Shown here in pieces: positions 29,300-37,392 of a stretch of DNA of 64,000 nucleotides. The number at the start of each line of letters is the position of its first letter. Position 1 is the first letter of the stretch. This DNA comes from Ilumatobacter sp. (GTDB taxonomy: Bacteria; Actinomycetota; Acidimicrobiia; Acidimicrobiales; Ilumatobacteraceae). Made by a program: the position numbers and the translations under genes. Where the stretch lies: positions 8,567 to 72,566 of the forward strand of contig JBNMOS010000001.1 of NCBI GenBank assembly GCA_051275435.1, given 5' to 3'. The notes under the pieces were generated by a model. The model was not told where the DNA came from. It was given only the letters and a program-made list of their open reading frames with translations, and searched no databases.

Positions 29300-29923
29300 C
29301 TAACGCGGCTCGTTCGGCCAGGTCGTTGCTGCTTCGACCAGACCGTCGATCAGTGAAATGGTGTGGGGTGTCAGCCCCGGACCTTCCCAGTCCCACCACA
29401 TCGGGCTGGAACCGCGGACGCGCGGCGGCAGCTCGATCTGTACGCCCGCCTGGCGCGGCAAGTTCACCGGGTTGTCAACGTGCATGCCACGGAGCTTTTT
29501 CGGAATCGTCTCGAGATCAGTGACGATGTCGTACGCGGGGAGCGCCCTTTGTAGTGCGCCACCAACATGGTGGGCGAGTGGGCGGTTGTTTCCGCCGAGC
29601 AGCAGCGCGCTGAACATGCCGCGTCGACCAAACCCGTGGATCGTGATCACGACGTCGACGTGTTCGATGAATGCCGCCAACCGTTCAGACTCCGCAGGTC
29701 GCACCTTGATCGACGAGAGGTGCTCGCGCATGGGAACAGGTTGCACGACGCCGTAGTACGAGGCACCAGACCGCTCCGCCGCAGCAGCTGCGATCACATC
29801 GGTCTGCAGCTCGAGATTTCCGCCGTGATACGCCATGAACCCAAGACGCCCTGGGGCGTCCGGCCGAAGGTCACAGACCTCTTGCACACCAGGTGCACTG
29901 AGGATCGCTGCGAATTCGGCCAC
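29300..29923 (-). CDS. Poly-gamma-glutamate hydrolase family protein (DUF867/PghP-like)
   Basis: YHGGNLE, HLSS, TIHG, LRGMHVDNPVN, GVQIELP match phage PghP-type Zn hydrolase motifs. Confidence 0.75.
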   Translation of the reverse strand: MAEFAAILSAPGVQEVCDLRPDAPGRLGFMAYHGGNLELQTDVIAAAAAERSGASYYGVVQPVPMREHLSSIKVRPAESERLAAFIEHVDVVITIHGFGRRGMFSALLLGGNNRPLAHHVGGALQRALPAYDIVTDLETIPKKLRGMHVDNPVNLPRQAGVQIELPPRVRGSSPMWWDWEGPGLTPHTISLIDGLVEAATTWPNEPR

Positions 29924-29990
29924 GGGTCCATCATGTCGGAGGGATGAGCGTTCAGCGACCCGGAGCGCCAGTGCCGTTACGCTTCGCCGA

Positions 29991-30563
29991 ATGCTCGTGT
30001 GGATGGATCTCGAAATGACCGGCTTGGATCACACCTCGGAAGTGATTGTCGAGATCGCCACGTTGATCACCGACGACAACCTGGAGATCATTGCTGAGGG
30101 GCCTGACCTGGTCATTCATGCGACCGACGAGCAGTTGGCTGCGATGGACCCGTTCGTTGTCGACATGCACACGAAATCAGGGTTGCTTGATCAGATCAAG
30201 GCATCGACCATCACTCTGGAAGAGGCGGGCGCTGCGACGTTGGCGTTCATTCAGGAGCACGTGCCCGAAGAGCGCACCGTGCCCCTGTGCGGAAACTCGA
30301 TCGGTACCGACCGCCGATTCCTCGACGCGTATTTGCCCGAGATCGAGAACTATCTGCATTACCGCTCGATCGACGTCTCCAGCGTCAAGGAACTGGTGAA
30401 GCGTTGGTATCCGGCGATTGATCACAAGCGCCCCCGTGGTCAAGGGTCGCACCGTGCGCTCGACGACATTCGTGAATCGATCCGTGAGATGGCGTACTAC
30501 CGCGAGATGGTTTTCATCGACCCGGCGGCATCGCCTGCTGATGGCGATTCGTCCGCGAGTTAA
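29991..30563 (+). CDS. orn: Oligoribonuclease
   Basis: LVWMDLEMTGL, PLCGNSIGTDRRFL, HYRSIDVSS, HRALDDIRES. Confidence 0.96.
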   Translation: MLVWMDLEMTGLDHTSEVIVEIATLITDDNLEIIAEGPDLVIHATDEQLAAMDPFVVDMHTKSGLLDQIKASTITLEEAGAATLAFIQEHVPEERTVPLCGNSIGTDRRFLDAYLPEIENYLHYRSIDVSSVKELVKRWYPAIDHKRPRGQGSHRALDDIRESIREMAYYREMVFIDPAASPADGDSSAS

Positions 30564-30745
30564 TTCCCGGCACGAACCGACGCCACTTCTCTAGGTTGCG
30601 AGGCGTATCCACATGTGGTCGCTCGGCACAAGTGCTGTCGGGCGGTCTCATCTGATCTGCGGGCTTTGGCCAGCAGACACGTTGCCCAGGTTTCGATGAG
30701 GTTCCGAACCTGGGCGACGGCGCGTTCAGGGATAAGTTCGCCACT

Positions 30746-31723
30746 ATGCGCGCAATCGTCCTTCGTGAACATGGCGGCCCCGAGGTCCTACAGATCGAGG
30801 AGGTCGACGACCCGACGCCCGGGCCTGACGAGATTGTCGTCGACATCGCGCACACGGCGCTGAACCGCGCCGACACGCTGCAACGCATGGGGATGTACAA
30901 CGATCCGCGCAACCGTGCGATCGAGATCCCCGGCCTCGAATACGCCGGCACGGTGTCCGCAATCGGAACCGAAGTCACCAACTGGTCCGTGGGCGATCGA
31001 GTGATGGGCATCGAATCGGGAGGGTGCTACGCCGAGAAGGTCGTGACGCATAGTCGTCAGGCATTGCCGGTGCCGAGCAATGTCGAACTGGCCGAGGCTG
31101 CGGCAATCGCAGAAGTGTTCCTGACCGCCTGGGACGCACTCGTCGTGCAGGGTGGCTTGACGTCGGGCCGCTGGGGTTTGATCCACGCTGGAGCATCGGG
31201 CGTCGGCACCGCAGGTATTCAGATCGCCAAGGCACTCGGTGCTCGCATCGCTGTCACCTGCTCGGCCGGCAAGGCCGACGCATGCCGCGAGCTGGGTGCT
31301 GACCTTGTGCTTGAGCGGAGCCCGGCCGACTGGCTCGGCGCGCTCAAAGCCGAGATTCCGGATGGGGTCGACACGATCCTCGACGTCGTTGGCGGTGAGG
31401 AAGCCGATCGGAATTTGCAGGCACTGGCGATGGACGGCACCGTGGTGCAAGTTGGGCTGATGGGCGGCGGGACCGCTCCGGTCAACATGGGTTTGCTGCT
31501 GATGAAGCGCATCACCTGGATCGGTACGACGCTCCGTGCTCGGCCGTTGGAGCGCAAGATCGCGTTGATGCAACGATTCATCAGTGAGATCCTCCCGCTG
31601 TTTGAATCAGGCGCGTTGCGCCCGGTGATCGACTCGCGCTACAGCTTCGAGCAGCTCCCTGAGGCGCACACCTACATGGAGACGAATGCGAACGTCGGCA
31701 AGATCCTGATCGACATCGCCTGA
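30746..31723 (+). CDS. NAD(P)H-quinone oxidoreductase (zeta-crystallin/PIG3 type MDR)
   Basis: GGPEVL, LNRAD, PGLE, IHAGASGVG, NVGKI. Confidence 0.9.
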   Translation: MRAIVLREHGGPEVLQIEEVDDPTPGPDEIVVDIAHTALNRADTLQRMGMYNDPRNRAIEIPGLEYAGTVSAIGTEVTNWSVGDRVMGIESGGCYAEKVVTHSRQALPVPSNVELAEAAAIAEVFLTAWDALVVQGGLTSGRWGLIHAGASGVGTAGIQIAKALGARIAVTCSAGKADACRELGADLVLERSPADWLGALKAEIPDGVDTILDVVGGEEADRNLQALAMDGTVVQVGLMGGGTAPVNMGLLLMKRITWIGTTLRARPLERKIALMQRFISEILPLFESGALRPVIDSRYSFEQLPEAHTYMETNANVGKILIDIA

Positions 31724-31750
31724 TCGACATCGCCTGTCGGCGGTCGTTGA

Positions 31751-32260
31751 TCAGGCGGGAACGGTGTCGTCGTTGACGGCGCCGCCTGGGGCGTTGTTCC
31801 GGCGGAAGCTGAAGAATGCGCCAGCGCCGAGAATTGCAACAGCGACCACTCCGAAAATAATCCAGATACCAGCGTCGGCACCCTCACCGGCTCGGTCGCC
31901 GTAGGTGAAGGTAATGGCGCCGGCCACGAGATGGCCGTCTTCTTCGGCGAGGTACTGGACGATGTACTCGCCCTCTTCGGTCAGCGTGGCGAAATTAAGG
32001 TGGGCCTCAGTGTCGGAAATGACAGTGACTTCACCGGCGATCCGTTCGTCGTCTGGGCCCCGAAGGCCGAGTTCGACGCCGCTGACCGGCTCGCCGAAGT
32101 TGATCGTGACTTCGTCAATCGGTTCGTTGATTTGCGACTGATGCTCGGGGATTGACGACTCAATTTCGTCGTGGGCGAATGCCACGCTCGAGAAACTTGC
32201 AGCTGCAGCGAGAGCTGCGATGACTGCGACGATTCGGATGCGACGGGGGGCACCTTGCAT
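31751..32260 (-). CDS. copC: CopC-family copper-binding protein with C-terminal membrane anchor
   Basis: Signal peptide AFA followed by His1, F.EPV, EDGH, C-terminal TM. Confidence 0.78.
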   Translation of the reverse strand: MQGAPRRIRIVAVIAALAAAASFSSVAFAHDEIESSIPEHQSQINEPIDEVTINFGEPVSGVELGLRGPDDERIAGEVTVISDTEAHLNFATLTEEGEYIVQYLAEEDGHLVAGAITFTYGDRAGEGADAGIWIIFGVVAVAILGAGAFFSFRRNNAPGGAVNDDTVPA

Positions 32261-32300
32261 GCCTTCATTCAACCAGGGCAAACAAGGTGGAGCAGCGCAG

Positions 32301-32398
32301 TCTTGTCACACTCCCGTCCCGTCACACTTTGGTCAGACCAAAGTGTGACAAGACCAAAGTGTGACAAGACCGGAGTGTGACAAGACCGGAGTGTGACA
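32301..32398. repeat. Palindromic REP-like element with tandem 16-bp arm expansion
   Basis: GTCACACTTTGGTCAGACCAAAGTGTGAC palindrome; AGACC(AA/GG)AGTGTGACA x4 at 32335-32398. Confidence 0.9.
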
Positions 32399-32403
32399 AC
32401 CGA

Positions 32404-33471
32404 TCAGCTGGCTGCGACGGTGCGGCCCTTCCAGGTGACCTGGCGTCCGAAGGCGACCGCGAACAGGCTGCGCACGAAGATCACCACGAACGCAGCGACG
32501 GCGATGGGGAACAGCAGAGCCGTCACGGGGTGAACCGATGCGGCGCGTCGGCCGAGCACCCAGACCTGCAGCGCGCTGAGCGGATACAGCAACGGGGATG
32601 CAAGCCATCCGCCGGCGAGCGACCAGACCCACAGCAGGGTGGCAAGTGCCAGCCACCACGTGGTGAAGCGAGCACCAGTGGCGATGCTGCGAGTCCACCC
32701 GCGAATCGTCTGCGAGAGGCCGTCGGGATACATCCGGAACGATGTGTCGGGGGCTCCGGTGAAGAGATGGCACTGGCGGATGGTGCGGGCGAGGCCGATG
32801 TCTTCGGTGTGCATCGCCCGGACATCTGGATGGGCATGCCCACCTGCCGCGTCGTAGGTCGACCGATCGACAGCGAGCACCGGGCCGAACGCCACTGTTG
32901 CGGTGACCCGATCGCCGGCGGCGGTGAAGGCGCCGCACCCCATCAGGGCCGTGACGTTGCACAGGATGCTCGCCTGCTCGACCCACCGGGCAGTGGTATG
33001 CCACGGCTGGACCGAAACAACGGCGTCAGGATGGGCGGCCAACTCGGTACCGACTCGATCGAGAAGGTCAGGTGCGGGTCGGACGTCCGCGTCGAGAAAA
33101 AGCAGGTGCGGGGCAGTTGTCGCCCCGGCACCGATCGAGCAAGCGTGGGGCTTGCCGAGCCATCCGGCCGGTAGCGGAGGCGGCACGACGACCGTTGCCC
33201 CGAGTGATGCAGCAACATTGCCGGTGTCGTCGGTCGAGTGGTCATCGACCACGACGAGTTGGTCGCCATGTCGGAGTTGAGCGACCAGCGCAGGGATGAG
33301 ATGGGGGAGCGCGGCTGCTTCGTCGCGGGCCGGAATCACCACCGCAATCGCCTGGCGAGCATCGGCGGCGCCGACCGCCGGAAGGGGTCGAGGCCGCCAG
33401 AGCAATAGCCAGCCAATCGTCCATCCGACCAGGTAGATCGCCAAATCGATGACGCTGGGGACGAGTTGCAC
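32404..33471 (-). CDS. GT2 glycosyltransferase (CrtQ/CruC carotenoid-type-like)
   Basis: VIPARDE, VDDHSTD, GWLGKPHAC, FLDAD, TED, FRMY; start GTG 33471 inferred. Confidence 0.8.
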   Translation of the reverse strand: MQLVPSVIDLAIYLVGWTIGWLLLWRPRPLPAVGAADARQAIAVVIPARDEAAALPHLIPALVAQLRHGDQLVVVDDHSTDDTGNVAASLGATVVVPPPLPAGWLGKPHACSIGAGATTAPHLLFLDADVRPAPDLLDRVGTELAAHPDAVVSVQPWHTTARWVEQASILCNVTALMGCGAFTAAGDRVTATVAFGPVLAVDRSTYDAAGGHAHPDVRAMHTEDIGLARTIRQCHLFTGAPDTSFRMYPDGLSQTIRGWTRSIATGARFTTWWLALATLLWVWSLAGGWLASPLLYPLSALQVWVLGRRAASVHPVTALLFPIAVAAFVVIFVRSLFAVAFGRQVTWKGRTVAAS

Positions 33472-33702
33472 TGGCCCACTGTGCCCGCGTTGAGAACTTT
33501 CTGCAAGAAAACTGCCGAAGTGTCGACCCGGGTCCTTCTGAGGGACGAAGCACGGATCTCTCCACATCTCGTGGCGCAAGAAAGTTTGACAACTCTCGAA
33601 ACTCGCTTGACCGAGCATCACGCATCGTGGTTGCCTAGTGCTTGAACCCAGCCGGTCGCGCTTGCGACCGACACCGCCGACACGCCCGGAAAGGACCAGC
33701 CA

Positions 33703-33975
33703 ATGAGCACCACGACGTTGATTTCCCAGCGCATTGTTCAGCGTCTGCCCTTCCACGCGCCCATCGCACCCCATTCGTTTGCCGCTTCCGGCCATGCGTA
33801 TGTCTCCGCAGCCGCGCCCGTGCACGCCGTCCCGGCAATCACTGGCAACGCTGTCGTCACCGGTCTCGGTAACGGCATGGCATGGCTTGGTGGGCTTGGC
33901 GAGAACGTGTGTGTCTCGAAGAAGCAGTTCACCAAGCGAATCGCTACCGGCAACCTCGACAGGGTGCTGACGTAA
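33703..33975 (+). CDS. whiB7/wblC leader peptide (uORF), 90 aa
   Basis: Strong GAAAGGA RBS; ends just before an intrinsic terminator upstream of whiB7. Confidence 0.65.
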   Translation: MSTTTLISQRIVQRLPFHAPIAPHSFAASGHAYVSAAAPVHAVPAITGNAVVTGLGNGMAWLGGLGENVCVSKKQFTKRIATGNLDRVLT

Positions 33976-34001
33976 CTTTCTACGTCAGATCACCTCTTTC
34001 G

Positions 34002-34041
34002 AGGCCGCCGGGTTGATCAACCCGGCGGCCTTTTTGGTTTT
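34002..34041 (+). terminator. Intrinsic terminator (attenuator) in the whiB7 leader
   Basis: Perfect palindrome AGGCCGCCGGGTTGATCAACCCGGCGGCCT running into a T-rich tract. Confidence 0.9.
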
Positions 34042-34128
34042 CCGGTTTCGGTTCTCCATCCACCGCCCCTGGCCACTGCGCCGGGCCGCAGCATCAACCG
34101 CAAGACCAACACAGAAAGCGCCAATGAC

Positions 34129-34644
34129 ATGAAGACCCTTCCGAACATCACCCACGCCAACCCGGCCGGCATCTGGCCACGCCGGGACCACACCATCGCA
34201 ACCAACAACCCTGACACTTCTTCTGAAACGGAACTTCCCATGAGCACCTTCGCTCCTCTCGACGACCTCGATGAACTCGATCCCACCAGACAACGCCCGC
34301 CGGACTTACCCGGTGATGCCGTGGCCGATGAGCTGCTTGGTGCACGTGCGCCTGTCGCTCGATGCGCCGACGGCAATGGCACCATGGCTGGCCTCTTCTT
34401 CTCTGACCACGTGGTCGACGTCGCACGCGCCAAGGCGATGTGCGCACTTTGCCCGCTCGCTGAGCAGTGCCTCGCCGGTGCACTCGAACGAGAAGAGCCC
34501 TGGGGTGTCTGGGGTGGCCAGTTGCTCTCGGGCGGCCGGATCATCGCTGGCAAGCGGCCATGCGGCCGGCCGCCGAAGCACCCTCGCCCCGAAGTGATCT
34601 ACGACGAGATGGGTCCGGTCGGCGTGCCGCTGATCTCGGCCTGA
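34129..34644 (+). CDS. whiB7: WhiB7/WblC transcriptional activator
   Basis: 4 Cys (C..CALC..C), EPWGVWGG, AT-hook-like KRPCGRPPK; alternative start ATG 34240. Confidence 0.85.
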   Translation: MKTLPNITHANPAGIWPRRDHTIATNNPDTSSETELPMSTFAPLDDLDELDPTRQRPPDLPGDAVADELLGARAPVARCADGNGTMAGLFFSDHVVDVARAKAMCALCPLAEQCLAGALEREEPWGVWGGQLLSGGRIIAGKRPCGRPPKHPRPEVIYDEMGPVGVPLISA

Positions 34645-34944
34645 TCCCTTCCCAATTCCATCAGGTCCCTCCTCCCATTCGGCCTGACCGTCGCGTCGGG
34701 TGTTTCGTGTGGGGCTGCCGGGTGGAAACACCGGGTCAGACCGAAACACCCGACGCCAGCGGTCTGCCTCGGGCGGGCGCGCTGGGCGGGGTTGGGCTCG
34801 GTTCGGGTTGCGAAGACGGGTTCCCCCACCGTGTCTTGCGCCCGAACCGGGCCGTGGCAGGCGAAATGCTGAGCCAGATTCTGTAAGAAATCGTTTCGCT
34901 GGGCTTCGAGCGGGAGAACAAACCGTGTCACTACCCTTCTGGGG

Positions 34945-35535
34945 GTGAAGATCGCCCGACCACGACTGCTTGCCAGCTCGCTTGCCGTCGCGGCACTGCT
35001 CGTTGTTGCCTTCGCCGTCGTCGCCACCAACGGAGGCGATGACGAACTTGACGCCCGCCTCACCGACAGTCGTCAGGTCGTCGCATTCCCTGACGACGGC
35101 CTCGCTAACGAAGATCTTCAAGGCGATCCGCTGCCGCTCGTCACGCTGGGCGATCGTGATGGCAACGACATTGACACTGCGTCGTTCCTCGGTCAGCCGT
35201 TGGTGATCAATTTCTGGTTCGCGGACTGCCCTCCGTGCGCCAAGGAACTCCCCGACTTTGCCGAAGCCCACGCCGAGTTCGGCGACCAGGTGCGCTTCAT
35301 CGGCGTCAATCCGCGTGACTCGATCGAGAAGATGGAGCGCTTCGCGTCTGAACGAGGCGTGAACTACGAGCTCTACCGCGACGACTTCGCTGAGTTCACC
35401 GATGCGATCAGCGCGGTGAACTTCCCGATCACTCTGTTCGTCACGCCCGCGGGAAGAATCATCGAGCAGACCGGCGTCATCGACGCCGACGATCTGGTTA
35501 CCGAAATCAAAGAATTGCTGGAGGCCTCAGCATGA
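34945..35535 (+). CDS. TlpA/ResA-like thiol-disulfide reductase
   Basis: N-terminal TM, PLVINFWFADCPPCAKELP, FPIT. Confidence 0.88.
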   Translation: MKIARPRLLASSLAVAALLVVAFAVVATNGGDDELDARLTDSRQVVAFPDDGLANEDLQGDPLPLVTLGDRDGNDIDTASFLGQPLVINFWFADCPPCAKELPDFAEAHAEFGDQVRFIGVNPRDSIEKMERFASERGVNYELYRDDFAEFTDAISAVNFPITLFVTPAGRIIEQTGVIDADDLVTEIKELLEASA

Positions 35536-36389
35536 GTCTGTCGTTCATCCGAGGCCTTGTTGCCGCTGTCAACCCGTGCGGGTTCATTCTGCTTCCGACC
35601 TACCTGATGTACTTCCTCGGGGTCTCCGGCGGCGCGCCGGGCACGCAGAAAGCGTCGCTCAAGCGAGCGCTCAAGGTGAGTGCCGCCGTCTCAACAGGCT
35701 TCCTGACCGTGTTCCTGATCATCGGATTCTTGTCGGTGCCACTGCGCTCGACGATTTCGTCCAACTCCAAATATGTCACCGGTTTCATCGCTGTTGCGCT
35801 GATCGTTCTTGGTATCGCGATGCTGTTCGGCTACAAGCCGCCGTTCATGACGCCGCAGATCGACTCGGGCAAGAAAGACCAGACAGTCAAGTCAATGTTC
35901 ATCTACGGCGTGGCGTACGCAGTCGCGTCGATCGGCTGCACGATCGGCCTGTTCCTCGCCACCGTCTTCAGTGCTCGCCCAGGTGAGACGTTCATTGACA
36001 GTGTTGGCAACATGGTGGCCTACGGCGCCGGCATGGCGCTCCTGGTCAGTGCGTTGACCGTCGGTTTCGCATTCGCCAACACCAGTTTGCTCAAGTTCCT
36101 CCGCAGCTCCATGCAGTACATCGACAGGGTTGCTGCGGCATTCGTGGTGCTGTCGGGCCTGTACCTCGCCTGGTACTTCTACTGGGTCGACCTCGACAAC
36201 GGTGGCGACCCGATCACCGACTGGGCCTTCGCTCGTCAGGCTGATGCGACAGCGTTCCTGAACGACAACTGGAAGGTCGTCGGGACCATCCTCGCTGTAA
36301 CAGTTACCGCAGCAGTCGCGTACGTCACTTTTCGCCAGGAAGATGAGCCGGAGATCGAAGCACCCGCCGAGTCAGAAACCGTCTCCTGA
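35532..36389 (+). CDS. ccdA: CcdA/DsbD-family cytochrome c biogenesis protein
   Basis: NPCGFILLP and ASIGCT Cys pair; multiple TM; coupled to tlpA. Confidence 0.82.
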   Translation: MSLSFIRGLVAAVNPCGFILLPTYLMYFLGVSGGAPGTQKASLKRALKVSAAVSTGFLTVFLIIGFLSVPLRSTISSNSKYVTGFIAVALIVLGIAMLFGYKPPFMTPQIDSGKKDQTVKSMFIYGVAYAVASIGCTIGLFLATVFSARPGETFIDSVGNMVAYGAGMALLVSALTVGFAFANTSLLKFLRSSMQYIDRVAAAFVVLSGLYLAWYFYWVDLDNGGDPITDWAFARQADATAFLNDNWKVVGTILAVTVTAAVAYVTFRQEDEPEIEAPAESETVS

Positions 36390-36393
36390 CACC

Positions 36394-36441
36394 CGCGTTT
36401 CAGTTGGCGCGTTTCAGTTGGGGTCTGACCCCAACTGAAAC
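36394..36441. repeat. 31-bp palindrome (GGTCTGACC core) with a duplicated arm
   Basis: GTTTCAGTTGGGGTCTGACCCCAACTGAAAC at 36411-36441; CGCGTTTCAGTTGG occurs twice in tandem. Confidence 0.85.
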
Positions 36442-36474
36442 CTGGGGCGTATTGCTCCGTAGTGTCGAGCGTTC

Positions 36475-37269
36475 ATGACTGAGACGTTCGACCCGACCAC
36501 TGTTCCGATCAAGGCCGCAGCCACCGTGATGATGGTGCGCGACGGCGAGCTTGGGCTCGAGGTCTTTATGTTGCGTCGCACCGGCAATGCGTCCTTTGGC
36601 GCTGGCATGTACGTGTTCCCCGGTGGCCGCGTCGACGACGCCGACCATGCCGACGAGATTGCACCGTTCTGTGCAGGTCTCGAAGATGTCGACGCGTCAG
36701 CGCAACTCGGTATCGACCACGGCGGCTTGGCGTTTTGGGTCGCGTCGATTCGCGAGTGTTTCGAAGAAGCCGGTGTGCTGCTCGCTGAGCGTCGCGACGG
36801 TGAACCGCTCGACCTCGGTGACGACGAACGCCACGCGGTACACGACGGTGAACTCTCGATGGTCGAACTGTGCAAGCGGCATGATCTCGTCCTCGACCTG
36901 TCGACGACGCACTACGTCGACCACTGGATTACGCCGGTCGGCGAGAAGCGGCGTTTCGATACCCGCTTCTTCGTGACCGAAGCGCCTGCCGGTCAGGAGG
37001 GTCTGCACGACGATAAGGAGACAACCGACAGCCTGTGGGTCAGCCCGCAGAAGGCGCTCGATATGCAAGAAGCAGGCGAGCTGATGATGATGCCGCCCAC
37101 GATGTACAACCTGCGTCGCCTGATGGAGTCGGCGACTGCTGCTGATGCTGTCGCTGCCGGCGAGGCGCTGACCAACATCGCCTGCATCTTGCCGAAGCTC
37201 CGCTCGATCGACGGCGGCAAGATCTCGATAGCCATGCCCGGCGACGCCGACTACGACACCCTCAGGTAG
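36475..37269 (+). CDS. NUDIX hydrolase (NUDT19-like)
   Basis: AATV, VFPGGRVD, IRECFEEAG, WITP..RRFDTRFF. Confidence 0.88.
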   Translation: MTETFDPTTVPIKAAATVMMVRDGELGLEVFMLRRTGNASFGAGMYVFPGGRVDDADHADEIAPFCAGLEDVDASAQLGIDHGGLAFWVASIRECFEEAGVLLAERRDGEPLDLGDDERHAVHDGELSMVELCKRHDLVLDLSTTHYVDHWITPVGEKRRFDTRFFVTEAPAGQEGLHDDKETTDSLWVSPQKALDMQEAGELMMMPPTMYNLRRLMESATAADAVAAGEALTNIACILPKLRSIDGGKISIAMPGDADYDTLR

Positions 37270-37270
37270 T

Positions 37271-37294
37271 TGGGGTCAGGCCCCTTTCGCAACT
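37271..37294. repeat. REP-like element (inverted copy of 18-41)
   Basis: TGGGGTCAGGCCCCTTTCGCAACT. Confidence 0.7.
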
Positions 37295-37354
37295 CTGTGG
37301 CGGAAGTCCAGAGTCGTTCAGACGGCGGTCGAAGTTCCCGAATCGCAGCGTTGT

Positions 37355-37385
37355 TGTCACACTTTGGTCTGACCTCGGTGTGACA
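37355..37385. repeat. 31-bp TGTCACAC-type palindrome
   Basis: TGTCACACTTTGGTCTGACCTCGGTGTGACA, same family as 32321 and 63272. Confidence 0.85.
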
Positions 37386-37392
37386 GTCAGCG

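Noticed and set aside
32301-32398. Possible CRISPR array
   Set aside because: The 16-bp units are contiguous with no unique spacers, and no cas genes are present
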